This document shows positions 38,862 to 48,853 of a stretch of 64,000 nucleotides of DNA, piece after piece. This DNA comes from an uncultured Chloroflexota bacterium. Its GTDB lineage: Bacteria; Chloroflexota; UBA11872. The stretch is taken from the NCBI GenBank assembly GCA_958296175.1, contig OY282448.1:719899-783898 (forward strand). Direction: 5' to 3'. The notes under the pieces are model-generated. The model was not told the DNA's origin. It did not search any database and saw only the letters and a list, made by a program, of their open reading frames with translations. How positions within the stretch are numbered: the first letter of the stretch is position 1; each line of letters opens with the position of its first letter. Made by a program: the position numbers and the translations under genes.

Positions 38862-40004
38862 CTACTGGTCGACCACTGCGCCGTCGGCACCCAGGCGGGT
38901 TTCGATTTCTCGGGGGGTGTAGGGGGCCTTGGCGGCGGCGTCGGGCTTGAGGCTGACGCCGATGCCGGGGCGGTCGGTCAGGCGGATGTAGCCCTCGCCG
39001 TCGTGGGGGTGGACGCCTTCCACGATGTCGCTCTTGGGGGGCGCGGTTTCGCCCAGGGGCAGTTCTTGCAAGGCGAAGTTGGGGATGGCGGCGGCCACTT
39101 GCAGGCAGGCGGCGGTGCTGACGGGGCTGAGCGGGTTGTGCGGCACCACGCCCACGTGCCGCGCTTCGGCCAGCGCGGCCACTTTCTTGGTTCCCGAAAT
39201 GCCGCCCACCATGCAGACGTCGGGCCGCACATACTGCACGGCGTCGCGGCGCAGGGCCATGTCGAACTCCCACAGCGAGCTGTAGCGCTCGCCGGTGGCG
39301 ATGGGGATGTTGATTTTGGAGGCCACGTAGGCCATTTCGTCCAGGTTGTCGGGCGTGACGGGGTCTTCGAAGAAGTAGGGGTGGTAGCGCTCGATGCCGC
39401 GGCCCAGCTGCACGGCTTCGGCGGGCGTCATGCGGCGGTGAATTTCCACGCAGAGGTCGACCTGCGACCCGGCGGCCTGGCGGTAGCGCCGCACGGCGTC
39501 CACGGCGTCTTCGATCTTGTCGACGTGGGTCTTGACGTAGGGCACGCTGCGCTCTTCGTCCAGGAAGGGCGTCAGATGGCCCACGGCGGTGTAGCCCTCG
39601 GCGCGGGCGTCGCGCACGCCTTGCACCAGCTTGTCGCGCGTGTCGCCGATGACGTGGTAGTAGACGCGGCAGCGGTCGCGCACGCGGCCGCCCAGCAGCT
39701 GGTAGACGGGCGTCTGGAAGTGCTGGCCGGCGATGTCCCACAGGGCAATGTCTATGGCGCTGAGCGCGCCCATGACGGCGGCGCCGCGGAAGTGGCTCCA
39801 GCGGTACATGTATTGCCAGTGGTGCTCGATGCGCAGCGGGTCTTCGCCCACCAGGTAGCGGCCCATCTTGTCCACGGCCGCCGCGGAGGCTTCCAGAAAG
39901 CCCCAGGCCCCGGACTCGCCCAGTCCCACGAGGCCCTTGTCCGTGTGCACCTGCACCAGCAGGTAGCTGTCGAGTAGCAGCGATTCGACGTGAGTAATGC
40001 GCAT
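38862..40004 (-). CDS. enolase-superfamily enzyme (mandelate racemase/muconate lactonizing / sugar-acid dehydratase type)
   Basis: ATG 40004. MRITHVES...LVQVHTDKGLVGLGE...DLCVEIHRRM...FEDP is the MR/MLE signature. Confidence 0.8.
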   Translation of the reverse strand: MRITHVESLLLDSYLLVQVHTDKGLVGLGESGAWGFLEASAAAVDKMGRYLVGEDPLRIEHHWQYMYRWSHFRGAAVMGALSAIDIALWDIAGQHFQTPVYQLLGGRVRDRCRVYYHVIGDTRDKLVQGVRDARAEGYTAVGHLTPFLDEERSVPYVKTHVDKIEDAVDAVRRYRQAAGSQVDLCVEIHRRMTPAEAVQLGRGIERYHPYFFEDPVTPDNLDEMAYVASKINIPIATGERYSSLWEFDMALRRDAVQYVRPDVCMVGGISGTKKVAALAEARHVGVVPHNPLSPVSTAACLQVAAAIPNFALQELPLGETAPPKSDIVEGVHPHDGEGYIRLTDRPGIGVSLKPDAAAKAPYTPREIETRLGADGAVVDQ

Positions 40005-40173
40005 GGCCGCTCCGGCGCGTGGCATGGAACGTGCATCGTACGCCGCGGCGGCGGCGTTGGCAGAACGGAGCGCCCGCCGCCCGCCTGGCGCGGCGCTGGC
40101 ACGGCCGCGCGGCGGGCGGCCGCGCCCTGTGGCAGTCTGGCCCACGGCTCTACGCGCGGACAGAGGCGGCGCC

Positions 40174-41187
40174 ATGCAGGCTCGGATACTGATCAGTCAC
40201 GGGGTTCGAACGATCCAGATGGACACCGTGGCACTGGACGATCCGGGGCCCGGCCAGGTGCTGGTGCGGCATCGTCTCACGGCCATGTCGCCCGGCACGG
40301 AGCGCGCCTCGCTGCTGGCGCTGCCCAACACGCCCGCCAGCGGCTGGCCGCGGCGCGTTGGCTACAGCGCGGTTGGCGAGGTGGCCGCGGCCGGCCAGGG
40401 CGTGGACCTGGCGCCGGGCGCGCGCGTGCTGACGCGCGGCCGCCACGCCTCGGCGGACGTGGTGAACGCGCGGGACGCGTTTCCCGTCGGCGGCGAGGTG
40501 GCGGACGAAGACGCCGCCTTCCACACGCTGCTGCGCATCGCCCTGCAAGGCGTGCGCAAAGCGCGCGTGGAGCTTGGGGAGACCGTGCTCGTCATCGGCG
40601 GCGGGCTGATCGGGCAGCTGGCCGCGCAGTTTGCTTACGCGGCCGGCGCCGGCCGCGTGCTGCTGGCGGAGCTCGACCCCTCGCGGCGCGCCATGGCGGA
40701 CGCAGTGCCGGGGATCGAGTCGCTGGACCCGACCTCGCCCGCCGACCGCGCGCGCCTGGCCGACGGACCCGGCGAGGGGCCGCACGTGGTGATCGAGTCC
40801 ACCGGCTTCCCCGCGCCCATCAACGACGCCTTCATCCTGGCAGGGCGCCTGGCGCGCGTGGTGCTGCTGGGCAGCACGCGCGGCGTGACCGACGAGGTGA
40901 ACTTCTACCGCGACGTGCACAAGAAGGGGCTGACGGTCATCGGCGCGCACGACTCGGTGCGCCTGCGCGGCGGCGGGGACGATCCGCTGACGGAGCTGCT
41001 GCCGCTGCTCTGGCCGCCCGCCCGCGACGCGGCGGCGGCGCTGGCGCTGGCCGCCGCCGGGCGCATCCGGCTGGACCTGCTGGTCACCCACCGCCTGCCG
41101 GGCGCGGAGTACGCAACGGCCTACGACCTGCTGTTCAGCTCGCACCCCTCGCTGGTCGGCTGCCTGTTCGACTGGAGCGACGCCTGA
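40174..41187 (+). CDS. zinc-type (MDR) alcohol dehydrogenase-like protein
   Basis: ATG 40174. VLVIGGGLIGQLAAQFA Rossmann motif. MDR fold. Confidence 0.7.
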   Translation: MQARILISHGVRTIQMDTVALDDPGPGQVLVRHRLTAMSPGTERASLLALPNTPASGWPRRVGYSAVGEVAAAGQGVDLAPGARVLTRGRHASADVVNARDAFPVGGEVADEDAAFHTLLRIALQGVRKARVELGETVLVIGGGLIGQLAAQFAYAAGAGRVLLAELDPSRRAMADAVPGIESLDPTSPADRARLADGPGEGPHVVIESTGFPAPINDAFILAGRLARVVLLGSTRGVTDEVNFYRDVHKKGLTVIGAHDSVRLRGGGDDPLTELLPLLWPPARDAAAALALAAAGRIRLDLLVTHRLPGAEYATAYDLLFSSHPSLVGCLFDWSDA

Positions 41188-41391
41188 GCCCTGCCGTCAG
41201 CTGCGCACCGGGTCTTTCCCCTCGCCCCGCCGTCGTCCGCCGCGAAACCCGTCGTTCCCGCGCTGGCGGGCATCCAGCTCTTGCGGCTCCCGGCTTCGGG
41301 GTGGACGAGCGAGGGAACCCGCAGACCGCGCAGGGGCGGCCGCGCGGCGGCGGCGGCGGGCGGCGCTGCCCGCGGACGGCGCGGCGGCGGC

Positions 41392-41889
41392 TCAGTCGGC
41401 GTCCAGCCGGCGGGCGTAGTGGATTTGGCGCGCCGCTTCCTGGAAGCCGAGGCGCGGATACAGCGATTGGCCCTGGGCGTTCTGTTCCAGCGTTTCGATC
41501 TTGGCCACGCGCATGCCGCGGGCGCGCAGGTGGTCGAGCGCGCGCCGGATGAGCCGCGCGCCGATCCCGCGGCGGCGCAGGCGCGCGTCCACGGCCATGT
41601 TCGGAATCTGCCCGACGCCGGTGGCGGGCGTGGGGCGCGTGGTGATATAGCCAACCACGCCGCCGTCCATGACGGCCACGAAGTGATCGCCCGGCGACGC
41701 CTCCAGCTCGGCGCGCACGCCGGCCCACTTGCGCGCCTTCCAATCCGGCGCCCCCTCCAGCCGCAGCAGCCGCTCCATGTTCTGGTCGATGCTCACACCG
41801 TCGAACCCCTCGAGCGTGAGCTCGCGGATACGCTCCACGTCCCCAGGCCGATACCCGCGGATCGTGACCTGCGGAGGCGCTGGCGTCAT
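41392..41889 (-). CDS. GNAT-family N-acetyltransferase
   Basis: ATG 41889. VDARLRRRGIGARLIRRALDHLRARG is the acetyl-CoA binding motif. Confidence 0.8.
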   Translation of the reverse strand: MTPAPPQVTIRGYRPGDVERIRELTLEGFDGVSIDQNMERLLRLEGAPDWKARKWAGVRAELEASPGDHFVAVMDGGVVGYITTRPTPATGVGQIPNMAVDARLRRRGIGARLIRRALDHLRARGMRVAKIETLEQNAQGQSLYPRLGFQEAARQIHYARRLDAD

Positions 41890-41951
41890 GCTTGTCCGTC
41901 TGGGAACCCGCGGCTTCCCCGGGGCGAGAGGACGCTCCGGTCCGGTCCCGG

Positions 41952-42434
41952 TCAGTCGGTTGAGGTCTCGGCGCCTTGCCAGGGAGGCCAGCTTTCGAAG
42001 GGTTTGGCCGCTCGGCCCGAGTAGGCCAGGGTGAAGAAGCCTTTGGCTTCGTCGCCAACGCCAACGAGAACGCCCTCCGCCCGCCCGCCGGCGCTGATGG
42101 CAATGATGCCGGCGGCGTCGCCCCCGCTGATGGCGATGATGCCCCGCGCCGACCCGGCGCCGATGGCAACGATGCCAATCGCGTTGAAGAGGCTGACGGC
42201 CACGATGCCGACCGCCACGAGCGGGCTCAGCGCGAAGGTCCCGAGCGCGACCGCGTAGCCGAGGGCGTTCTCCGAGGTGGCGACGCCTTCCATGGCCACG
42301 ACGTCGAACACGCCGAGCAGGGAGACGATCAGGCACGCAAGCATGGCGGCCAGCGCGCCAAGCCCGGAGATTCCACGGAAAACGTTGCCGACGGCCGTCT
42401 TCTCTGACATCGTTTTCTCTGACATCGTTCGCAA
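41952..42434 (-). CDS. hypothetical membrane protein with Gly-rich IAI(G/S)xGxxxG repeats
   Basis: TM helix LAAMLACLIVSLLGVF, then repeats GIVAIGAGSARGIIAISGGDAAGIIAISAGGRAEGVLVGVGDEA. The N-terminus carries a 12-bp tandem duplication (MSEKT-MSEKT). Confidence 0.45.
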   Translation of the reverse strand: MRTMSEKTMSEKTAVGNVFRGISGLGALAAMLACLIVSLLGVFDVVAMEGVATSENALGYAVALGTFALSPLVAVGIVAVSLFNAIGIVAIGAGSARGIIAISGGDAAGIIAISAGGRAEGVLVGVGDEAKGFFTLAYSGRAAKPFESWPPWQGAETSTD

Positions 42435-42576
42435 CTCCTCTCGGGGGTCTCTGGGGCGCCAGCGTGCGCAATCAGCCGCGGCCCGTCAATGGCGGGGGGG
42501 GCGACGAGGGCGTCGTCCCGCTAACGCGAAGCGCGGCACACGCCGGGGGGTCGAGCGTCGTCCCGCGCGCGTCCCG

Positions 42577-44022
42577 CTAACGCGCGTCGGCTGGCCAGGC
42601 GGCGGCGGTGACGCCGCTGGCCAGGCGCCAGTCGAGCAGCGCGTCCAGCAGCGTGCGGCGTATCGGCGCGGCGGCGGGGTCGGCCCAGAGGTTGTGTTCT
42701 TCGTGCGGGTCGCCGCGCAGATCGAAGAGCTGGCCGTCGGTTTCGCCCAGGAGGTGCACCAGCTTCCAGCGGCGGCTGCGCACCGCGGTCATCAGGTCCA
42801 CGTGCAGGCCGCTGCCGTCGTCGCGGCCTTGTTCGGTGAACACGTATGGGCGCGTCGGGGCGGGGCCGTCCGTCAGGGCGGGGAGCAGCGAGCGCGCTTC
42901 CATGGCGGGCGGCGGCTCGCAGCCGGCCAGGTCCAGGATGGTGGGTCCCAGGTCGAACAGCTGCACCAGCTCGTCCACGCGCCGCCCGGGCGCGGCGCGG
43001 CCGGGCGCCCAGACGATGCAGGGCACGCGCGTAACCGCGTCGTACATGGTCCACTTCTGGATGTGGCCGTGGTCGCCCAGGCAGTCGCCGTGGTCGGAGG
43101 TGAAGATCAGCACGCAGTCGTCGGCGTAGCCGTTGCGTTCCAGCGCGTGCAGCAGCGCGCCGACCTGGGCGTCGATCATGCTGACGTTGGCCAGATAGTG
43201 CGCCCGCTGCCGGCGCCGCCAGGCCATGGGCGGGTCGACGACGTGGACCACGGAGTCGTGGTCCACCGCGGCGTTGTGCTCGCGCATGTCTCGCAGCGCC
43301 TGCGGCTGGCCGTCCAGGTCGCTCTGGAGCACGGGCCGGATGGGCAGCTCGCGGTTCAGGTAAGGCCGCAGCGCCTCTGGCGTTGGGTCGTAGGGCGGGT
43401 GCGGGCCGGGAAAGCCCACCTGCAGGAACAAGGGCTGCGTGCGCGGATAGCTGTCCAGCCACCAGACGGCCATCCGTCCCACGAAGGTGTCGCTGTGCAC
43501 GTCGGGCGGCAGGTCCCAGGTGAACGCGCCCAGGCGCTGGCCATAGTCGGGGCGCCGCCGGTACAGCTCGCGCTGCTGTTTGACCAGCCCGCGCGCGGCC
43601 AGGGCTTTGTCCCATTCGTCGAAGTAGTAGCGGCCCTCCAGGTAGCGGTCTTTGTTTTCCACCACGTAGCGCTGGTGGAACCCGAGCGGGGTCTGGAAGG
43701 GCACGGTGTGCATCTTTCCCACGTTGACGCAGTGGTAGCCCGCCGCGGCGAGGCGCTCCACCCACGAGCGCCGCCAGGCGTGGCCGTTGCGCAGCACGCC
43801 GGTGGTGTGGGGGTATTGGCCGTTGAACAGGCTGGCGCGGGCCGGCACGCAGGAGGCGGCCGTGACGTGGCATTGGTCGAAGCTGACGCCCTCGCGCGCC
43901 AGGCGGTCGAGGTTGGGCGTGTCGACGTGCGGATGCCCAAGCGCGGCGATCGTGTCGTAGCGCTGCTGGTCGGTGACGACCAGCACGATGTTCGGACGCC
44001 GCGCGGCGTCCGGAGGCGGCAT
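42577..44022 (-). CDS. sulfatase (arylsulfatase family)
   Basis: ATG 44022. IVLVVTDQQRYD...CVPARASLFNGQ (C-x-P-x-R formylglycine motif)...GKMH...FTSDHGD. Confidence 0.85.
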   Translation of the reverse strand: MPPPDAARRPNIVLVVTDQQRYDTIAALGHPHVDTPNLDRLAREGVSFDQCHVTAASCVPARASLFNGQYPHTTGVLRNGHAWRRSWVERLAAAGYHCVNVGKMHTVPFQTPLGFHQRYVVENKDRYLEGRYYFDEWDKALAARGLVKQQRELYRRRPDYGQRLGAFTWDLPPDVHSDTFVGRMAVWWLDSYPRTQPLFLQVGFPGPHPPYDPTPEALRPYLNRELPIRPVLQSDLDGQPQALRDMREHNAAVDHDSVVHVVDPPMAWRRRQRAHYLANVSMIDAQVGALLHALERNGYADDCVLIFTSDHGDCLGDHGHIQKWTMYDAVTRVPCIVWAPGRAAPGRRVDELVQLFDLGPTILDLAGCEPPPAMEARSLLPALTDGPAPTRPYVFTEQGRDDGSGLHVDLMTAVRSRRWKLVHLLGETDGQLFDLRGDPHEEHNLWADPAAAPIRRTLLDALLDWRLASGVTAAAWPADAR

Positions 44023-45206
44023 CAGGCGGCTGGGAGCGGGTGTTCGGCGGCGAACCTGCGCCAGGCGCGGGCGTAGACGGCGGCCGCCTGCACGACTTCG
44101 GCCAGGGGCACGAACTCGTTCGCGCTGTGCGCGTAGGCGATGTCGCCCGGGCCGCACAGCACGCTGGGGATGCCCGCGTTGGCCAGGGTGGCGGCGTCGG
44201 AGCCGTAGGTCACGCCAATGACCCGCGCCTGGCCCAGCACGTCCACCACGGCCTGGCGCAGGGCCTGCACGACCGGCGCGGATTCGGGGGTGTCCAGCAC
44301 TTCGCCAAAGACCACGGGGTCCAGCAGCTCGATGCGCAGGGTGGGGTCGGCGCGCCGCGCGGCTTCGAGCACGTCCAGCAGCTCGGCTTCCACGTCCGCC
44401 TCGGACTCGCCGGGAATCTGGCGCCGCTCGACGATGGCCTCGCAGCGGTCGGGCACCATGTTGAACGACGTGCCGGCGCGGATGATGCCGACCGAGAACG
44501 ACGACTGCCCGGCCAGCGGATGCACGCGCCCGGCCAGCCGCCGCGTGAACTCACGGCGGATGACGCCCAGGGCGTCGGCCATGCGGAAGATCGCGTTGTC
44601 GCCCCGCTCGGGGGTGGAGCTGTGCGTGGCGGCGCCGTGGGTCACCAGCCGCCAGTGGCCGCCGCCGCGGTGCACGCGCACGACTTCCAGGCTGGTGGGT
44701 TCGCCCACGACGGCGGCGTCCACCTGCACGCCCGACTGGGCGAACGCGCGCGCGCCCGCGCTGCCGGTCTCTTCGTCCACGGCGGCCGCCAGCGTGAGCG
44801 GGCCGGGCGGGTCGGGAACCTGCGCCGCCCAGCGCAGCGCCAGCAGCATGGCCGCCAGCGAGCCTTTGGTGTCGCAGGCGCCGCGCCCGTGCAGCCGCCC
44901 CTGGTCGTCGACCCGGGGGGTGTGCCCGTTGGTCATGGGGCCCAGCGCCACCGTGTCCATGTGCGCTTCCAGCAGCAGGTGCGGCCCGGGCGCGTCGAGG
45001 GCGACCGAGCAGATCACGTTCGGTCGGTTGGGAAAGACTTCCTGCCGCGTGACCTGGGCGCCGAAGGAGCGCGCGAAGGCTTCCACCTCGTCGGCCATGG
45101 CCGCCTCGCCGGCGCCGCCTTCCACGCCCGGCGTCACGCTGGGCGTGGCCACCAGACGGCTCAGCAGCTCGGCAGCGTCGCGTTCGGTTGTGATGGGCGC
45201 GGTCAC
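44022..45206 (-). CDS. M20-family metallopeptidase (ArgE/DapE/ACY1-like)
   Basis: GTG 45206. LLEAHMDTVA, GRGACDTKGS and AAVDEETGSAGA metal-ligand motifs. Confidence 0.8.
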   Translation of the reverse strand: MTAPITTERDAAELLSRLVATPSVTPGVEGGAGEAAMADEVEAFARSFGAQVTRQEVFPNRPNVICSVALDAPGPHLLLEAHMDTVALGPMTNGHTPRVDDQGRLHGRGACDTKGSLAAMLLALRWAAQVPDPPGPLTLAAAVDEETGSAGARAFAQSGVQVDAAVVGEPTSLEVVRVHRGGGHWRLVTHGAATHSSTPERGDNAIFRMADALGVIRREFTRRLAGRVHPLAGQSSFSVGIIRAGTSFNMVPDRCEAIVERRQIPGESEADVEAELLDVLEAARRADPTLRIELLDPVVFGEVLDTPESAPVVQALRQAVVDVLGQARVIGVTYGSDAATLANAGIPSVLCGPGDIAYAHSANEFVPLAEVVQAAAVYARAWRRFAAEHPLPAA

Positions 45207-45344
45207 AGCGCCGCTATCTTGGCACCAACCCAGGCATTCCTGCCACCCGCCGCGGCCGCGGAGCACGCCTGACCGGACTCCCACCCCGCCCCACGCCCTT
45301 GCAGGGCGAGCGGAAGAATGTGAGGGAGAGGCTCTGGGGGCGGG

Positions 45345-46442
45345 TCAGGTGAAGCGGCCGCGGGCGGCGATGGGCCAGACGTCGACGACTTCGTCGTCTT
45401 GCAGGGCGTAGACCACGTCGTGCAGGTTGAAGGTGGTGCAGCCGTGCCAGGGGGTGATCTTGACTTTGTCGCCCGGTTGCAGGTCTGGCGCGTTCTCGGC
45501 CAGGGACAGGGTGCCGTGTTCTTCCGAGAGGCTGCGCAGCTGGATGCCGGGCGGGTCGTCCACCACGGCCAGGCCGCCGGGTTCTCTGGAGATCGACTTG
45601 GCGCCCGCGTCCACGACGGCGCGCTCGCGGGTGGGGCGGCTGACCACCGCGGCCAGCACCCAGAAGGCGGATTCGAACACGTGGCCCACGTGTTGGCGAA
45701 ACCAAGCGTCCATGGTGACGTAGGTGCCGCATTGCAGTTCGGTCCAGCCGTCGATGGTGCTGGTGATGTCGAAGGTGTTGGTGCCGCCGCCGGAGACCTC
45801 GCGGATGTCCAGGCCGGCGGCTTCGCAGGCAGCTTTGGTCTGGATGACGGCCGCCAGCGCCGCGCGGGTCTTGGCCTCGCGCTCGGCCCGGTCCACGATG
45901 CCAACCGTGTGGCCCTCGTAGCCCATCAGGCCCACCAGGTCGAGCGCCGGGGCGCGGTGCACGGCCTGCGCCAGCGCCGCGGCCGGCGCGCCGGGCAAAA
46001 CCCCGCAGCGCTGCATGCCGACCTCGACCTCGATCATCACGCCCAGCGTCACGCCCTGCGCGGCGGCGGCGGCGGACAGCGCGCGGACGTTGCGTTCGTC
46101 GTCTACGGCCACGGTCACGCGCGCCTGGCGGGCCAGCGCGCAGAGCCGCGCGAGCTTGGGCGCGCCGACCACCTGGTTGGCGATCAGCACGTCGCGCACG
46201 CCGCCGGCCACCATGGCCTCGGCCTCGCCAACCTTGGCGCAGGTGACGCCGGGCGCGCCGGCCTCGATCTGCATCAGAGCAATCTGCGGCGTCTTGTGCG
46301 TCTTGGCGTGAGGGCGCACGTGCACGGCCGTGCCCTCCAGCGCGCGCTGCATGGTCTGGATGTTGCGCCGCACCAGATCGAGGTCGATGATCGCGGCCGG
46401 GGTGTCGATGTCGGCAAGCGTCTGGGGCTGGGGGCGCGGCAT
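45345..46442 (-). CDS. alanine-racemase-N-domain / D-serine dehydratase-like (DSD1 family) PLP enzyme
   Basis: ATG 46442. VRPHAKTHKTPQIA (PLP lysine)...GLMGYEGH... Confidence 0.7.
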   Translation of the reverse strand: MPRPQPQTLADIDTPAAIIDLDLVRRNIQTMQRALEGTAVHVRPHAKTHKTPQIALMQIEAGAPGVTCAKVGEAEAMVAGGVRDVLIANQVVGAPKLARLCALARQARVTVAVDDERNVRALSAAAAAQGVTLGVMIEVEVGMQRCGVLPGAPAAALAQAVHRAPALDLVGLMGYEGHTVGIVDRAEREAKTRAALAAVIQTKAACEAAGLDIREVSGGGTNTFDITSTIDGWTELQCGTYVTMDAWFRQHVGHVFESAFWVLAAVVSRPTRERAVVDAGAKSISREPGGLAVVDDPPGIQLRSLSEEHGTLSLAENAPDLQPGDKVKITPWHGCTTFNLHDVVYALQDDEVVDVWPIAARGRFT

Positions 46443-46532
46443 CGGGATCCTTGCTCGAGGGGGACGGGGCGGGCGTGACAGCCTAGCCTTTGTCAGCCGC
46501 CGCCCGGCGGCAATCACAACGGAGCGCGGCTG

Positions 46533-46823
46533 TTGCACGTAGGAGCGCTGGAGCTTGGGTTGACCGTGCACGCCGCCGCCTCGCTGAAGGATCGGCGGCG
46601 CACCGTGGAGTCTCTGAAACGGCGCGTGCGCACCAGGTTCAACGCCGCGGTTGCGGATCTGGACGCCGACCCCGCGCCCGCGCGGGCGGCCATCGGCGTG
46701 GTCTGCGTGTCGAACGACCCGCGCCGGCTGGACGCCCAGCTGCGCGCCATCGTGGAGTTCGTCGAGGCGCTGCACCTGGACCTGGAAGTCACGCACGACC
46801 ATATCGAGATCGTGCAGGTGTGA
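46533..46823 (+). CDS. DUF503-family protein (YlxP-like)
   Basis: 96 aa. LELGLTVHAAASLKDRRRTVESLKRRVRTRFNAAVADLD matches the DUF503 pattern. Confidence 0.6.
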   Translation: MHVGALELGLTVHAAASLKDRRRTVESLKRRVRTRFNAAVADLDADPAPARAAIGVVCVSNDPRRLDAQLRAIVEFVEALHLDLEVTHDHIEIVQV

Positions 46824-47241
46824 GCGGCGGGCGGCGGACAGCGGCGTTGGCGCTGGCGCGCGGATTGTGCGGGTTTTATTACGCGACGGGCGGCGGCGGA
46901 GCGTTTACAATACGCGCGATTCAGGTGGGAGGTTCGGGGGCGTGACGGCGGCCTTAGTGCCGCGCCGGTTGCGCCGGCGCGGCTTCGGAGGAATGCCGTT
47001 GCCGCTTGAAGCGCTCTTGGGAATCGTAGCTTTTGTCGGTCTCTTCATGATGTGGGCCGTTTTGCCGGCCCGCCTTCGGAAGCGATAGCCCAGGGTTCTT
47101 CCCCGAAGAAGGCACCGCAATGCTGCGGCCCGGGCACTGATAGCCCACACCTGCTCGATGGCATCGAGCCAGGGATAGCCGCCGCAGCCCCCGAACCCCC
47201 ACTTGGTCGACTCCTGACCCTGGCCGGCCGCGGCGGCCGGC

Positions 47242-47352
47242 GGAACCCTCACCCCGACCCTCTCCCTCGTAGGGAGAGGGGGAATGACGGATGCCGCGGC
47301 GGCCGGCGGAACCCTCACCCCGACCCTCTCCCTTGTAGGGGGAGGGGGGAAG
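47242..47352. repeat. palindromic repeat element, locus 4 (two copies of ggaaccctcaccccgaccctctccc-tNgta-gggagaggggg)
   Basis: Seen directly; followed by degenerate tandem gggccgcgttgcgggtggtg units at 47400-47500. Confidence 0.6.
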
Positions 47353-47515
47353 ACGGAAGCCGCGGCGTCCACCACCCATCACCGGCTGCGTTGCAGGGCG
47401 GGTGGCGATGGGCCGCGTTGCGGGTGGTGTGGGCAGCGACTGGCCGCGTTGCGGGGCGGGCAGCAGCGGGCCGCGTTGCGGGTGGTGCGAGCGGGGGGCG
47501 GGTTCGGGCGGGGAG

Positions 47516-48853
47516 CTAGGCGCCCAGCAGGTTGCGTAGGCCGGCGGGCACGCGGCCGCTGCTCATCATTTGCATGAGCTGGCGCGCTTGCTTGAACTGG
47601 CTGAGCAGCTGGTTGACGTCGTACACGGTCACGCCGCTGCCGCGGGCGATGCGGCGGCGGCGGCTGCCGTTGATGATGTCGGGCTTGCTGCGTTCCTGCG
47701 GGGTCATGGACAGGATGATGGCCTCGGAGCGCCGCAGGCCGTCGCCGTCCAGCGCGGCCTGCACGTCGCGGGTGTTCGCCATGGCGCTCATGCCGGGCAG
47801 CATGCCCATCACCTGGCTGAGCGGGCCGATCTTCTTGACCTGCTCCAGCTGCTCCAGGAAGTCGTCCAACCCGAACGAGGCTTTGCGGAGCTTGGCGTGC
47901 AGCTCCTGCGCGCGCTGCTCGTCCACCACGGCTTCGGCGCGCTCCACCAGGGTAACCACGTCTCCCATGCCCAGAATGCGGGAGGCGGCGCGGTCGGGGT
48001 GGAAGACGTCCAGCGGTTCGATGCGCTCGCCCGCGCCGACGAACTTGACCGGGATGCCGGTCACGGCGCGGATGGACAGGGCGGCGCCGCCGCGCGCGTC
48101 GCCGTCCATCTTGGTGAGGATCAGGCCCGTCAGCGGCGTGCGCGCGTGGAAGGCCTGGGCGACGTTGACGGCTTCCTGCCCGGTGGTGGCGTCGGCCACC
48201 AGCAGGGTTTCCACCGGGTCGACCGCGCGGTGCATCTGCGCGATCTCGTCCATCATGGCCTCGTCCAGCTGCACGCGGCCCGCCGTGTCCACCACCACGT
48301 GCGAATGCGCGTTGCTGACGCCCAACTCGCGGCCGCGCGCGGCAATCTGCACCGGCTGGCCGCCCGTGCCCTGGGCGTGCACGGGCACGTCGATCTGGGC
48401 GCCCAAGGTCTGGAGCTGGTCGACGGCCGCCGGGCGGTAGACGTCGGCGGCAACCAGCAAGGGCCGTCCGCCGCGCTGCTTGAAGGCCAGGGCCAGCTTG
48501 GCGGCCGCGGTGGTCTTGCCCGACCCCTGCAACCCCACCAGCAGAATGACGCTGGGCGGGCGCGGCGCGGCGGCCAGGCGCGCGGCGCCGCCGCCCAGCA
48601 GCTGCACCAGGTTGTCGTGCACGATCTTGACGACCTGCTGGGCCGGGGTGACGCTCTCGGTGACCTCGCGGCCCACGGCGCGTTCGCGCACGGCCGCCAC
48701 GAAGTCGCGCGCCACGCGGAAGTTGACGTCGGCTTCCAGCAGCGCCATGCGCACTTCGCGCACGGCCTCGTCCACGTCGGCCTCGCGCAGCCGTCCGCGG
48801 CGCCCCAGCTTGCCAAAGACGTCCTGCAGCCGTTCGCTCAGACTCTCGAACAT
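47516..48853 (-). CDS. ffh: signal recognition particle protein Ffh
   Basis: ATG 48853. N-domain, G-domain GLQGSGKTTAAAKLA, DTAGR, TKMDGDARGGAALS, and M-domain with Met-rich C-terminus. Confidence 0.92.
   Translation of the reverse strand: MFESLSERLQDVFGKLGRRGRLREADVDEAVREVRMALLEADVNFRVARDFVAAVRERAVGREVTESVTPAQQVVKIVHDNLVQLLGGGAARLAAAPRPPSVILLVGLQGSGKTTAAAKLALAFKQRGGRPLLVAADVYRPAAVDQLQTLGAQIDVPVHAQGTGGQPVQIAARGRELGVSNAHSHVVVDTAGRVQLDEAMMDEIAQMHRAVDPVETLLVADATTGQEAVNVAQAFHARTPLTGLILTKMDGDARGGAALSIRAVTGIPVKFVGAGERIEPLDVFHPDRAASRILGMGDVVTLVERAEAVVDEQRAQELHAKLRKASFGLDDFLEQLEQVKKIGPLSQVMGMLPGMSAMANTRDVQAALDGDGLRRSEAIILSMTPQERSKPDIINGSRRRRIARGSGVTVYDVNQLLSQFKQARQLMQMMSSGRVPAGLRNLLGA

Noticed and set aside
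46954-47519. ORFs 46954..47382 (-) and 47052..47519 (+) with repeated PSPYKGEGRGEGSAGRRG-type peptides
   Set aside because: They are translations of the palindromic repeat elements and the gggccgcgttgcgggtggtg tandem units, and are not coding.
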